Below are positions 8,986 to 18,531 of a stretch of DNA of 64,000 nucleotides, in pieces. Both the position numbers and the translations under genes were made by a program. The stretch is from IMG/VR virus record IMGVR_UViG_3300028827_000102, positions 1 to 64,000 of that record. One strand, 5' to 3'. The notes beneath the pieces were generated by a model. That model searched no databases. It was given only the letters and a program-made list of their open reading frames with translations, and was not told the origin of the DNA. How positions within the stretch are numbered: the first letter of the stretch is position 1; each line of letters starts with the position of its first letter. This DNA comes from a virus.

Positions 8986-11337
8986 CTACAGGTTATCAGT
9001 AATGTTATCTGTAAATAATCCTAATACTGGGGGCAAACAAGAATTGGATGAATCTGCGCTTTCATCGATATTAGTTTTTTGTTCGTCTACGTCACTGAAT
9101 AAATCATTTATGGCCTTATTCAGTTTATCGACGATACTCACTTTGGCGTTTATTGTGTCTTGTAATTCTGAAACAACTTCGTTGATTCCTCTAGTTATCT
9201 CTGGTGTTATTGTTGTCGTTTCTGTTGCGACTGTACCTATAAAATCTTTTACCGTTTCTGTTGTTTCTGTTTGTTGTTCTGTTGTAGTAATAAGGGAAGA
9301 GTAGCTTAGACCATTTAATGTCGCTGCCATATCAGTTGATTTATCTATTATTTCCTGTATATCATACGGATCACATTTTTCATTATAGTCTTTGCTGTCT
9401 TTGCATATATTTGCCACTCCCCCTAAATCAAAGCCACTAATAGATGATATTATAGATTCAGCCAAACACATCGGAATCATTAAAAATTCCATTACTGTAG
9501 CTACAGCATCTGTTATCACTTCATCTAGTGTTTTAGCCAACTCGTCTAGAACCGATTTAAATAATGACAATGGAATTCCACCGGTAACGGATTCTATATT
9601 TGGTATACCGTCTACAGAACCTGATGATATCCCAGATGCACTGTTTATTCCGCTAAATTCTGGTTTTCCTGTTGTGGAAGTACCAAAACCCAACAAACAT
9701 TTTGCCAGATCATTATTTCCCATATTAGCAGCTAAGTTAAGAATATCAGAAATTTTATTGAGGAGACCAGATACAGAGTCTACTAATTTTCCTACCATTC
9801 TATCAAACGTAGAACTGGCTTTTTCTATAGCTGCAGATATAGCCGCATAGGCAGATTCTACCTTTTTACTAGTATCTGGAAGCTGTGAAAAAGAAATATT
9901 AGGTATATCGTCATTATAAAATTTATACATATCTGGCACTTTTGTACCTAAACGCGCGCACGCCTTTCCCCTTAATGCCATCTCTCTTGCAATATCATCA
10001 ACATTTAATGTTTTCTCTAAATCCACTGTTTGTATAGCTGCAATCGGCGCTTTTGTTAAATTTTTGGCTCCATTTTCTAGTGTTTCTATTTTATCCGCAA
10101 ATACCCCCAACAAAGCTGTAATTTTATCATTATTGGTCATTTTGTTTGGTATTTTAATACCGTCAATATTTTTTGAAAGTAATTCAATTAATTCTTCATC
10201 AGTGAAAGCAAGTGCTTCTAAGAGTGTGGTGTCTTCTACAGTCCATGTACCTATATTTCCAAATATAGATGTATCCTCCGGCTGATTACCTTCCATAATG
10301 TCATTTATCAAATCATCATTTAATCCTAATAAACTAAGCTTTTGGTATGCAGCCATAGATGCTTTTGGTGATTTTCCCCAAAATATGTAGTAATTAAAAC
10401 TTTCGGCATCTCCACCCCACTTTGCTTTTGCCGTAGATATTGATATATCTATCCCTCTATAAATTTCATTTATTTCGTTAAATGTTTGTACTTCTCCGCA
10501 CACTATTTTAGTGGTTGTTCTTGTTACATTCTGTGTTATTACTGCGGTTGGGGTGTAATCAGAGATTTTTACATTTATGTCTTTAACCTTATTTATATCT
10601 GCTGTAATAGCATATAGCCTATTTAATCCTACTAAATTAGTTCCATCTACTATAAATACTTTCTTTCCAATAATAATGTATTTTCCATCTTCTTCTAAAA
10701 AGGACGCAGCCTCTTCTGGAGAACTTATCGTAGGTATATCTATACTCTGTAGCAAATCTTTCATGCTATTTTTACCGAAAACATTTGCAATGTCATTTCC
10801 GACATCTTGTATATCTTTTAATACTTGCGATGTTCCCCCAGATAAAAAGGTCTGGTTCGTTGTTTCTGGTATATCTGTACCTGAACCAGTAATAGTAGAA
10901 GTTACCAAATCTGCTAGTTCTGGCAGAGAATTGTACCATTTAGTAATGGTATCATTCATATTATACGTTATTGTACCAGTGTTGTCTACTCCTAAATATA
11001 AATGAACGGTTACACCATCAGACATAATCTTTGCGTATGGTTCTTTTGGTACTAGATTACCAGTAGAGTCTACTCCAGGTGATTGATAAATATATTGTAT
11101 ACTTATCTTATTTCCTTCTGTACCGTTTACTACAGCTTCCCATTTTACTTCCCAGTCTCCGTTACCTATGAAAACATAGGCTTTATCGGCTTCATTTTCT
11201 AAAGAAGAGATAATATTGTCAAGGTCGTTTAATGCTGAATCAAATTTTTCTTCTATTTCTTGCAGATGGTTATTAAATGCAGACAAAGCATCATAAGCAG
11301 AATCTTGAATTGTGCATCCATTATATACTGAAGGCAT
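8986..11337 (-). CDS. Virion structural protein (sheath-like N-terminal segment followed by a long helical region)
   Basis: 783 aa. AVVNGTEGNKISIQY...FLSGG resembles tail-sheath domain segments; located in the tail operon. Confidence 0.55.
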   Translation of the reverse strand: MPSVYNGCTIQDSAYDALSAFNNHLQEIEEKFDSALNDLDNIISSLENEADKAYVFIGNGDWEVKWEAVVNGTEGNKISIQYIYQSPGVDSTGNLVPKEPYAKIMSDGVTVHLYLGVDNTGTITYNMNDTITKWYNSLPELADLVTSTITGSGTDIPETTNQTFLSGGTSQVLKDIQDVGNDIANVFGKNSMKDLLQSIDIPTISSPEEAASFLEEDGKYIIIGKKVFIVDGTNLVGLNRLYAITADINKVKDINVKISDYTPTAVITQNVTRTTTKIVCGEVQTFNEINEIYRGIDISISTAKAKWGGDAESFNYYIFWGKSPKASMAAYQKLSLLGLNDDLINDIMEGNQPEDTSIFGNIGTWTVEDTTLLEALAFTDEELIELLSKNIDGIKIPNKMTNNDKITALLGVFADKIETLENGAKNLTKAPIAAIQTVDLEKTLNVDDIAREMALRGKACARLGTKVPDMYKFYNDDIPNISFSQLPDTSKKVESAYAAISAAIEKASSTFDRMVGKLVDSVSGLLNKISDILNLAANMGNNDLAKCLLGFGTSTTGKPEFSGINSASGISSGSVDGIPNIESVTGGIPLSLFKSVLDELAKTLDEVITDAVATVMEFLMIPMCLAESIISSISGFDLGGVANICKDSKDYNEKCDPYDIQEIIDKSTDMAATLNGLSYSSLITTTEQQTETTETVKDFIGTVATETTTITPEITRGINEVVSELQDTINAKVSIVDKLNKAINDLFSDVDEQKTNIDESADSSNSCLPPVLGLFTDNITDNL

Positions 11338-12533
11338 TATTGCACCATTACAGAATTGCTCAATATTCTGTTTGTTAATGCAGAAATAGATTGCAATGTG
11401 GCTACGCTGCCAGCAATGGTCTGTTTGGTTGCAGAAGATAACGCTGGTTCAGCTGCCAGGACATTAAATGTTGCTGACAAACTGATCAACATTGTATCTA
11501 ACATACTTTGTAAAGTATTACCCAATACAGCCGATTCAGTGGCAGTATTACCAAGTTTTATTGTATTTGATTTTATATGGGTGGAAGGTGTTTTAATAGT
11601 CAATGAGTTACCAAAAATTAAATTTCCTTTTTTCTTTGCATTTAAAGTTATATCTTTTATACGTATTTTTAATTTATGTTTATCGCCCATATCTACTAAT
11701 GTATCTCTGTCTCTAGTGTGTGTATTTCTAATAGTTACATTTAATTCTTCGTCAACAAATGTTTCAAGTCTATAAGCACCTGTACTGTCACCAATTTGTT
11801 TAATACATCGTAAAGGCTTTCCTGTTCTTCCGTCCTTTAAAACTTTACCATTTTCGTCATAAATGTTACCTTCATGTGTTACTACCAACAATTTGTCTTC
11901 TTGAGAATATAGCCATCTACCATACTCTAGAAGAAATTTATCTCCATCCATAACATATTTTTCTCTGGTAAATGGCTTATTAGTATCGGGACGTTTAACC
12001 ACACCAAATCTTTCCTCATGTCTTATATTGGGTAATTCATGTAAATGTAATTCTCTTCTGTATGTTGGTGTTCTTTGTCGTATCTCTAATTTATCCATAT
12101 CTAAGTCATGTTCTAGTACTCCACCTAATGTTTTGACGGATCCATCAGAAAGCCAAGCGGTTGTGGCTTTGCCCGAAGACATTACTTCTATTTCACCTGG
12201 ACGCAGTTGCCTGACTATAATATTGTCGTCTTTTGTTGCTTTATATACAACTTCTCCAAATCTTTGTGAGATATAACCAAGAACAACATGCCTTCTGGGT
12301 GTGTTTGCCATCTCTACCATACATTTTGTACCTATTTCTGGCATACACCTAATCCAACTATGAGGACCTAGATATGGATGTCTTACTGGTACAGATGGCC
12401 GCCCTGTAGTTGTAGCTACATCCAGTTTAAGTACTTCGTGTTCTGGTATAACTCTATTAACAATTGCTTTGTTTATACCATTAAGAGTTTTTGCTGTACG
12501 TTCATTGTTGACTATTTCTCTTATAGTAGGCAC
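11337..12533 (-). CDS. Baseplate central spike / puncturing protein (gpV/gp5-like)
   Basis: N-terminal OB-fold signature PYLGPHSWIRCMPEIGTKCMV, C-terminal beta-repeat ending IKLGNTATESAVLGNTL; follows the hub gene. Confidence 0.75.
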   Translation of the reverse strand: MPTIREIVNNERTAKTLNGINKAIVNRVIPEHEVLKLDVATTTGRPSVPVRHPYLGPHSWIRCMPEIGTKCMVEMANTPRRHVVLGYISQRFGEVVYKATKDDNIIVRQLRPGEIEVMSSGKATTAWLSDGSVKTLGGVLEHDLDMDKLEIRQRTPTYRRELHLHELPNIRHEERFGVVKRPDTNKPFTREKYVMDGDKFLLEYGRWLYSQEDKLLVVTHEGNIYDENGKVLKDGRTGKPLRCIKQIGDSTGAYRLETFVDEELNVTIRNTHTRDRDTLVDMGDKHKLKIRIKDITLNAKKKGNLIFGNSLTIKTPSTHIKSNTIKLGNTATESAVLGNTLQSMLDTMLISLSATFNVLAAEPALSSATKQTIAGSVATLQSISALTNRILSNSVMVQ

Positions 12534-15500
12534 TATGATCTCCTAGAAGCTGGCTTACGTGTATATGTATCCATTCTACCTTGTGCAGTATCTTTATCAA
12601 CTTTAGCATCTAGTCTATTAGCAATACGAATGGTAGCATTTTCGTTCCTCCTGGAAGGTATTCCGGAGTAATGCTTTTCCAGCGCTGTTGTAAGTTGTAA
12701 CTTACATTCTTTTACAGCAGAAATTCTATTTCTTCTTCCACGTTTTCGTCTAGCCGCTTTTTTACAGGCATTGTATTTTCTAAAAATGTTTAAACGTTCT
12801 TTTAAAATAACCGTAGACCCGCACAAAGAATATCTTTGAGTTGATCTATCTGGTCTGTATATATAAATATCATTTACATATTTATAGTATTTTCTGTAAT
12901 CGCTGGTAAGTGTTGGAAGTATTTCTTCTGGTTTAAAGAAGAAAAATGGGTTTGTAAATAAAGCATCTCCACGTAGTTTTACTGTTCTATAAAACCTATA
13001 ACGCAGGTTATCTTTTGTTGGCCACGAGGCCGGACGCATTAAATAGTCCAATGCATCGTCAACTGTTTCGATTGGTTTTTTGCCCTGTTTTCTTCTATGT
13101 TCATTTATTCTATTAAAATATCTTTGCCATTTTTCGCTCATTTTGTCTGATTTTATATTATTACCAGTGACCTTCATGGCGAGCATGGTGCGCATATATT
13201 CTCTATTTGCTTTTAATGTTTCTTGGAGTGCGCTTTGATCTGTACGTTTACTGTTGGTGTGTATTAACATTTCTACATGTACATGGTAAGTACTTGAATT
13301 GCCTGTATTACCAACATAAGCTATTTTTTCTCCCGCTTTAGGTAACCGCGAATAACCATGTAAACCAAAATAATAGTTACTTCCAGAAGGCTTTACTACA
13401 TCGTCTAAATGTCCAAAACGAAGTGTAACGTATAAACTTTTAGAGGCATCTCCTGGAAGTGTTACAGATCCGACCACCTCCATAAACATTCCTATTTTTG
13501 TGCTGTATCCTTTTGGATTCAATCTTGGCGTAGCTGCTCCGTTACTATACTTCTTGAATCGTTTTAGCATACCTTCGTCCACTACCACTTCCAAGAAACC
13601 ATCGCCCACATCTTTTGGTTTAGTGCCCTGTATTATAAATGGAAAAAGGGAAGGAAATTTTGTTACATGTACTCTATATTTTTTCTTTTGATTAGTGCGC
13701 CAACCAGCTGGTATACCTAATATACATATTGTGGGTTTTATTGGTGTATGTATAGGTGTGCCTTTAGGAGCTATTAAATCTACACCATTATGCCACGAAA
13801 ATCTGCTTTTGTAGGCATCACCCACACCACGCACAGGACCATAATTTGAAAATACAGACGGATTCCCTTTTACTGTAGCTGGTCCGCCTAACACAAACCC
13901 ATATGGATATGGGTTGTAAAACAACCTTCTAACGTCGTATATTGGTTTGTCTCCTTCGTGTTTTTTGGCGTTACCGTCGTGTAAACCAGTGTCTTTTGTT
14001 GTTATTGCTTCTGCCTTGTCGCCTGGATTAGGAGGTTCCCTGCTTACTCTTGTACCAACAAAACCACCGTGCAATCCATGTAATAGGTATTTTGGTATAT
14101 CTCCAGATTGCCCAGCAGCCCCTGCGGTAGATCCCCCATATGTACTAGCCACCCTAAACTGAGACAATCTGTCAACTGAAAATGCACTCGCTTCTATATA
14201 ACGATCTCGAAGTAATGGGCCGCAAGACCAATTAGTATTACGCATATCTCTTACGCTATGTCCCGACGCATCAGATATGCTTTTTGCTGCAGCTCCCATA
14301 CTTCTACCCAATGTTCTATGTTCTACGGCTTTCCGCGCGCCCCATCTCATATTGTACTTTATATCTCCGGTAAATAGACCAGAGTAATCGATAGGCATTC
14401 TAGATCCACCTGTTATGGTTCTAAATGTTCCATCTCTAAACAACTCTTTCACATACGAAACATTCATGTCTACAGTACAATTACCATCAGGAGGGGACAT
14501 AGAATAACTTACATTTTTTATCATACCGATACGTTGTCTGGGTACTAAGTGAATGGGTCTATTTGGTAACAAATAAGGACGAAACGGTATCTTTATCGAC
14601 ATGGATGACATTTGTCCCATGTCTTTTTGTATTTCAAGGTAGGCATAAGCTAGTAAAGACGCGACACCCGCATTTGCCGAAATTAAACCACCTATTCCTG
14701 GTATTTTCACATTTATCTGTTTTACTTTTGCTCCTATTCTTTGTGCTAATATTGGGGCCACAATTACTTTTTTCTTGAACAGATTTTGTACTAATTGATT
14801 AAATGCGGCTTTTTTAGTTTCGTCGTCTTCTTCTCCAGTCAATACCCAAGCAGTGTACATCGGACCAGTTTCTGGTGTTATTCTGTCTGATATTAATTCC
14901 TTTGCTACTTTATAAGCACCAGAAAATACCTTTCCCCAATCACTAGGAAGACCGTTATACATGGGGAACTCAAATATCATATCCCCCATAGGAGACACAT
15001 AAAACTGATAATCTAATGTATCTGATATCGCATTTAGTAATGACAATCTTGTTTCATATCTGTAACTTCCTTCTGTCCCGGTAGCATGGCCTATATTTTG
15101 ATGTACGATAGTTGCCGCTCCAGTGCCGCTTTTAGGCAATAACATATGTACGAAGCATTGTAGAGGTGAAAATACAGCACTTTCACTCCTGTCTGACACA
15201 GTACCATGCCCAATTGCACTCACTTCACGATAAGTAAACGGTCTGCCTATTATACCAAACAAAACAGTTTTGTTCCATGCCTGCATCTTTCTCGTATCGT
15301 ACTTATCCAAATCTAATTCTATCCCCATAGAAGTAGGCAGATGTGTGAGTGTAAGCCACTTAACGGCTGTTTCATATGACATACCAGCTAGAGGGTGCGA
15401 GTCTCTAGACAAAGCGTTTACCAAATCTTGGTACATTCCTGCATTTTTTTCATTAAATTGTGCGGCTGTATGGACAAAATCGGCCTTTGTTCCTCCAGCT

Positions 15501-17743
15501 TCACTTTGCTTCACTGCGTCTGATTGTCCTTTTGTGTGTGCTTCCCTCAACTGTCTACGTAATTCTTGTATTCTTCGTTGTCTGCGTACATTTGGGTCTC
15601 TTTTTTCTTCTCTGGTTACTTTTGCTTCTGCATCCTTAAATGCTTTTCTTACTGTCTCAAGACGTGAATTTAGTTCTTTAAGCAGATCCGCTTGCTTGTA
15701 TTTTAATGAGCCAAGAGCACCTTTTACGTATTTTTCGTTATATTCAGTAAGAGCTTGAATGAGTCCATTATTCATTTCAGGTGTTATATATCGATATACA
15801 GTATCCTTAAACATTTTATTGGCATTGAATACAATCAATGTACCAGATGTGTCCACATATTTTTTCAGATACTTTTCAAGCTCCCGTCTAGATTTTTCAG
15901 CGAAATCTCTTTTTCCTTTTGCTCTGGGCAGATTTGACTTAAAATTCTCTACCTTTTTTGCTACATATGCACTTAATAACAATGATACATCATTATATTG
16001 TGGCCAATAATAACCTGAGTAGTTTTCTATAAAATTTTGTTCAGACCTAGAATCATTAGGTAAAAAAGCAGTGGCAAAATTACTACTTCCGCCTGCTATT
16101 TTCCGTATTGCGGATTTTGCAGATATGTCTTCTCTTTTATCCCAACTTAGTTGTTTTTCCAAATCATTATCGTTTATATTTTTAAGAAGATCGTCTATTA
16201 TAGTATAAACAGGACCATAATTATTATACAATAGTCCTTCTATTTTCTCTTTATTGCTTGCATTTGGGTTTGCTTTGATCTTTGACTGTGCTGTTTTGTA
16301 TGCAGCGCTCACTGTTTGCGCAGCAGATATTATTTCTCGTCCTTTTGTGTGTAAAAATCCTATTAATTCTGTTATAGATTTGCCGAGGTCTATAGGTTTT
16401 GCATCACCATAACTCAATTCCAGTCTGCCCTTACTTTTGGGCTTCATTACTATCTTTCTCTTTCCACCGTCTACTTTGTTTGCTTTATCAATAACATCTA
16501 CCGCATTTTTATAAGCAGCGTAAAATTCTTTTACTTGAGCTTGTACTTCTCCCTTCGTTTCAGCGTACACTTTTTTAGCACAAGCGATATCGTATTTTCC
16601 GTCTTTTTTACAATTAGCCGCAACAAGTCTATGTTCAAATAAGGAATTAAATAGTCTTATAAATTCTACCGCTATTTCCTGATTGTCTATATTCCTCAAC
16701 CACGCTAAATCTATACCAAGTTTCTTAGCTTCAACAAAAACAGGACTTGTTTCTATCTCCCTTTGTACGGCATCTTGTAATGAATTATCTCCTTTTCCGC
16801 GTTTACCCTGATCATTGGTACTACTTATGGGAGATGCTTGTGTACGTACCCTCATTCTATTAAGTATTCCGCGAATATCGTAACATTTTATATTTATTTG
16901 TCTGTCTCCATTTACAAAATCATCTATTATATCATACTCGTCTATAAATCCAGTAAAAGCCGGTACCCATAGTTCGTTGTATCTTATTATTTTTCCATTT
17001 TTCTTTTTTACTGCACCTGCCATATGTGGCAATCTATAAAACACACGTACACAATCATGTTTATTGAATATACATCCATACGGATTAAGCGGATATAACC
17101 ACATACCCGTTTCATCGATTTGTTCGTCTTTGGTTCCTGGACGAACCTTTAAATATTTTTGACGATAAATTTTATATTTTGCCCATTCATCTGTATGGGA
17201 GCTACTTCTATACGGTGAAGTGATTATTCTTCCTTTTTTATCTCGTGCCAACATCCAACCGTGCGAGTTGAGATCTGCGCACACATTCATCGGTGTTACT
17301 ATAAAAGCGTCTTGGTTATTATTCAGAGTAAATGAACATGTATTCATTCCGCCGGTAGATTCTATAGTCCACCTTACGTCTCCACGTAAATATGGAGTTA
17401 CTTCTGCTCCTTCTATAAATACCCTTATTTCTGCGCTATGTACTTTCCAAACACCTTCTCTGTAGGCAATTTGGCTATCTATGCTACACAGATAAGCATT
17501 ATTACCAAAGCTTTTCCCGCCATATATTGATGCAGAAGGAAAACATTTTGGGGCACTTAATACACTACTTTTTCTTCTTCTTAGAATCGACAGCTTTCGC
17601 TGTAAATCACGCTGTTTAGCCATCAATTGCCGGTACCTAGCGGCACCTTCAGCATCGATACTACGCTGTATCTCCCCCCTTAGATTACCGGCTACTATGG
17701 TATTTTTCTCAGATTGACTTTGTGTGGATTGTCTATCGGCCAT
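12533..17743 (-). CDS. Baseplate hub protein fused to an M23 zinc peptidase (virion-associated peptidoglycan hydrolase)
   Basis: Hub-like segments (RVFIEGAEVT, AFTGFIDE, QFYVSPMGDMIFEFP, PFRPYLLPNRP) plus M23 motifs WHNGVDLIAPKGTPI and IAYVGNTGNSSTYHVHVE. Confidence 0.8.
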   Translation of the reverse strand: MADRQSTQSQSEKNTIVAGNLRGEIQRSIDAEGAARYRQLMAKQRDLQRKLSILRRRKSSVLSAPKCFPSASIYGGKSFGNNAYLCSIDSQIAYREGVWKVHSAEIRVFIEGAEVTPYLRGDVRWTIESTGGMNTCSFTLNNNQDAFIVTPMNVCADLNSHGWMLARDKKGRIITSPYRSSSHTDEWAKYKIYRQKYLKVRPGTKDEQIDETGMWLYPLNPYGCIFNKHDCVRVFYRLPHMAGAVKKKNGKIIRYNELWVPAFTGFIDEYDIIDDFVNGDRQINIKCYDIRGILNRMRVRTQASPISSTNDQGKRGKGDNSLQDAVQREIETSPVFVEAKKLGIDLAWLRNIDNQEIAVEFIRLFNSLFEHRLVAANCKKDGKYDIACAKKVYAETKGEVQAQVKEFYAAYKNAVDVIDKANKVDGGKRKIVMKPKSKGRLELSYGDAKPIDLGKSITELIGFLHTKGREIISAAQTVSAAYKTAQSKIKANPNASNKEKIEGLLYNNYGPVYTIIDDLLKNINDNDLEKQLSWDKREDISAKSAIRKIAGGSSNFATAFLPNDSRSEQNFIENYSGYYWPQYNDVSLLLSAYVAKKVENFKSNLPRAKGKRDFAEKSRRELEKYLKKYVDTSGTLIVFNANKMFKDTVYRYITPEMNNGLIQALTEYNEKYVKGALGSLKYKQADLLKELNSRLETVRKAFKDAEAKVTREEKRDPNVRRQRRIQELRRQLREAHTKGQSDAVKQSEAGGTKADFVHTAAQFNEKNAGMYQDLVNALSRDSHPLAGMSYETAVKWLTLTHLPTSMGIELDLDKYDTRKMQAWNKTVLFGIIGRPFTYREVSAIGHGTVSDRSESAVFSPLQCFVHMLLPKSGTGAATIVHQNIGHATGTEGSYRYETRLSLLNAISDTLDYQFYVSPMGDMIFEFPMYNGLPSDWGKVFSGAYKVAKELISDRITPETGPMYTAWVLTGEEDDETKKAAFNQLVQNLFKKKVIVAPILAQRIGAKVKQINVKIPGIGGLISANAGVASLLAYAYLEIQKDMGQMSSMSIKIPFRPYLLPNRPIHLVPRQRIGMIKNVSYSMSPPDGNCTVDMNVSYVKELFRDGTFRTITGGSRMPIDYSGLFTGDIKYNMRWGARKAVEHRTLGRSMGAAAKSISDASGHSVRDMRNTNWSCGPLLRDRYIEASAFSVDRLSQFRVASTYGGSTAGAAGQSGDIPKYLLHGLHGGFVGTRVSREPPNPGDKAEAITTKDTGLHDGNAKKHEGDKPIYDVRRLFYNPYPYGFVLGGPATVKGNPSVFSNYGPVRGVGDAYKSRFSWHNGVDLIAPKGTPIHTPIKPTICILGIPAGWRTNQKKKYRVHVTKFPSLFPFIIQGTKPKDVGDGFLEVVVDEGMLKRFKKYSNGAATPRLNPKGYSTKIGMFMEVVGSVTLPGDASKSLYVTLRFGHLDDVVKPSGSNYYFGLHGYSRLPKAGEKIAYVGNTGNSSTYHVHVEMLIHTNSKRTDQSALQETLKANREYMRTMLAMKVTGNNIKSDKMSEKWQRYFNRINEHRRKQGKKPIETVDDALDYLMRPASWPTKDNLRYRFYRTVKLRGDALFTNPFFFFKPEEILPTLTSDYRKYYKYVNDIYIYRPDRSTQRYSLCGSTVILKERLNIFRKYNACKKAARRKRGRRNRISAVKECKLQLTTALEKHYSGIPSRRNENATIRIANRLDAKVDKDTAQGRMDTYTRKPASRRS

Positions 17744-17744
17744 T

Positions 17745-18278
17745 TTATCCTGTTAGTACCTTATTTTTAAGGTACATTAATAACTGCGCTTCAGGTTTAC
17801 CAATACGTATTCTTTGTTCTTTTTGTTGTACACTGGCACTAGTATCAACGTCTAATATCTGCATAATGACCCTGCTCATTATTTCATCCTTGTATTCATC
17901 CAATCCTAGTAAATCTATCAGTTCAGCTTCTACCTTCAACTTCATCAACTTTTGAAATGTACTATTAAATTCAGACGAAGAAAACACTCTTCCTATATCA
18001 CCAGCTTCATCTTCAGGCAAACCTGCATGTAGACGTTCGTCTACAATTTTTGTGTGTATGTCTTTTTCAAACCTTGCTGCAGCTTTAGCCGCTGCATCGC
18101 TTTCTTCAAAATTCCTCCACAGTATATCTAAAACTTTCTGCTCTTTTTCAGACGGTGGAGGTATCTCTTTAGCTTTTTTAAGCAGACTTAATTCAGCTTT
18201 GGCCGCTTTTACCCTCTCTCGGCGGCTCGTAAGTTTTGGTGACTTTCCCTGTTTCCCATTCGATCTGGTCTTCATCAT
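17745..18278 (-). CDS. Hypothetical protein (start uncertain, 86-nt overlap with the upstream gene)
   Basis: 177-aa helical ORF ending immediately before the hub start. Confidence 0.6.
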   Translation of the reverse strand: MMKTRSNGKQGKSPKLTSRRERVKAAKAELSLLKKAKEIPPPSEKEQKVLDILWRNFEESDAAAKAAARFEKDIHTKIVDERLHAGLPEDEAGDIGRVFSSSEFNSTFQKLMKLKVEAELIDLLGLDEYKDEIMSRVIMQILDVDTSASVQQKEQRIRIGKPEAQLLMYLKNKVLTG

Positions 18279-18531
18279 CCAATCCGTATTTTTCTTTTAT
18301 TTTCGTTACTATTTCATCTAGAATATTTTTGGCTTTTTGTATTACAATACTATTTTTCCTTTTTTCTTCTGAGAGAATAGCCCTATTTAATTCATGGTAT
18401 TCTATTCTTGCTAAAGAATATCTAAGTTCACTTTCAATATGTTTATCGATTATTAATGTTTTTTCGTATTCTTGATTGGCTACCCGTAGTCTTAGTAAAT
18501 CATGTTCATCTATTATCGTATTTTTACTCAT
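18193..18531 (-). CDS. Hypothetical coiled-coil protein
   Basis: 112 aa, ATGA-coupled to the fibre gene; C-terminal KYGLDDEDQIEWETGKV. Confidence 0.65.
   Translation of the reverse strand: MSKNTIIDEHDLLRLRVANQEYEKTLIIDKHIESELRYSLARIEYHELNRAILSEEKRKNSIVIQKAKNILDEIVTKIKEKYGLDDEDQIEWETGKVTKTYEPPREGKSGQS

Noticed and set aside
12533-17743. Tape measure protein call for the longest ORF
   Set aside because: Hub-like beta segments at both ends, the M23 domain and the position directly before the spike gene fit a baseplate hub better.
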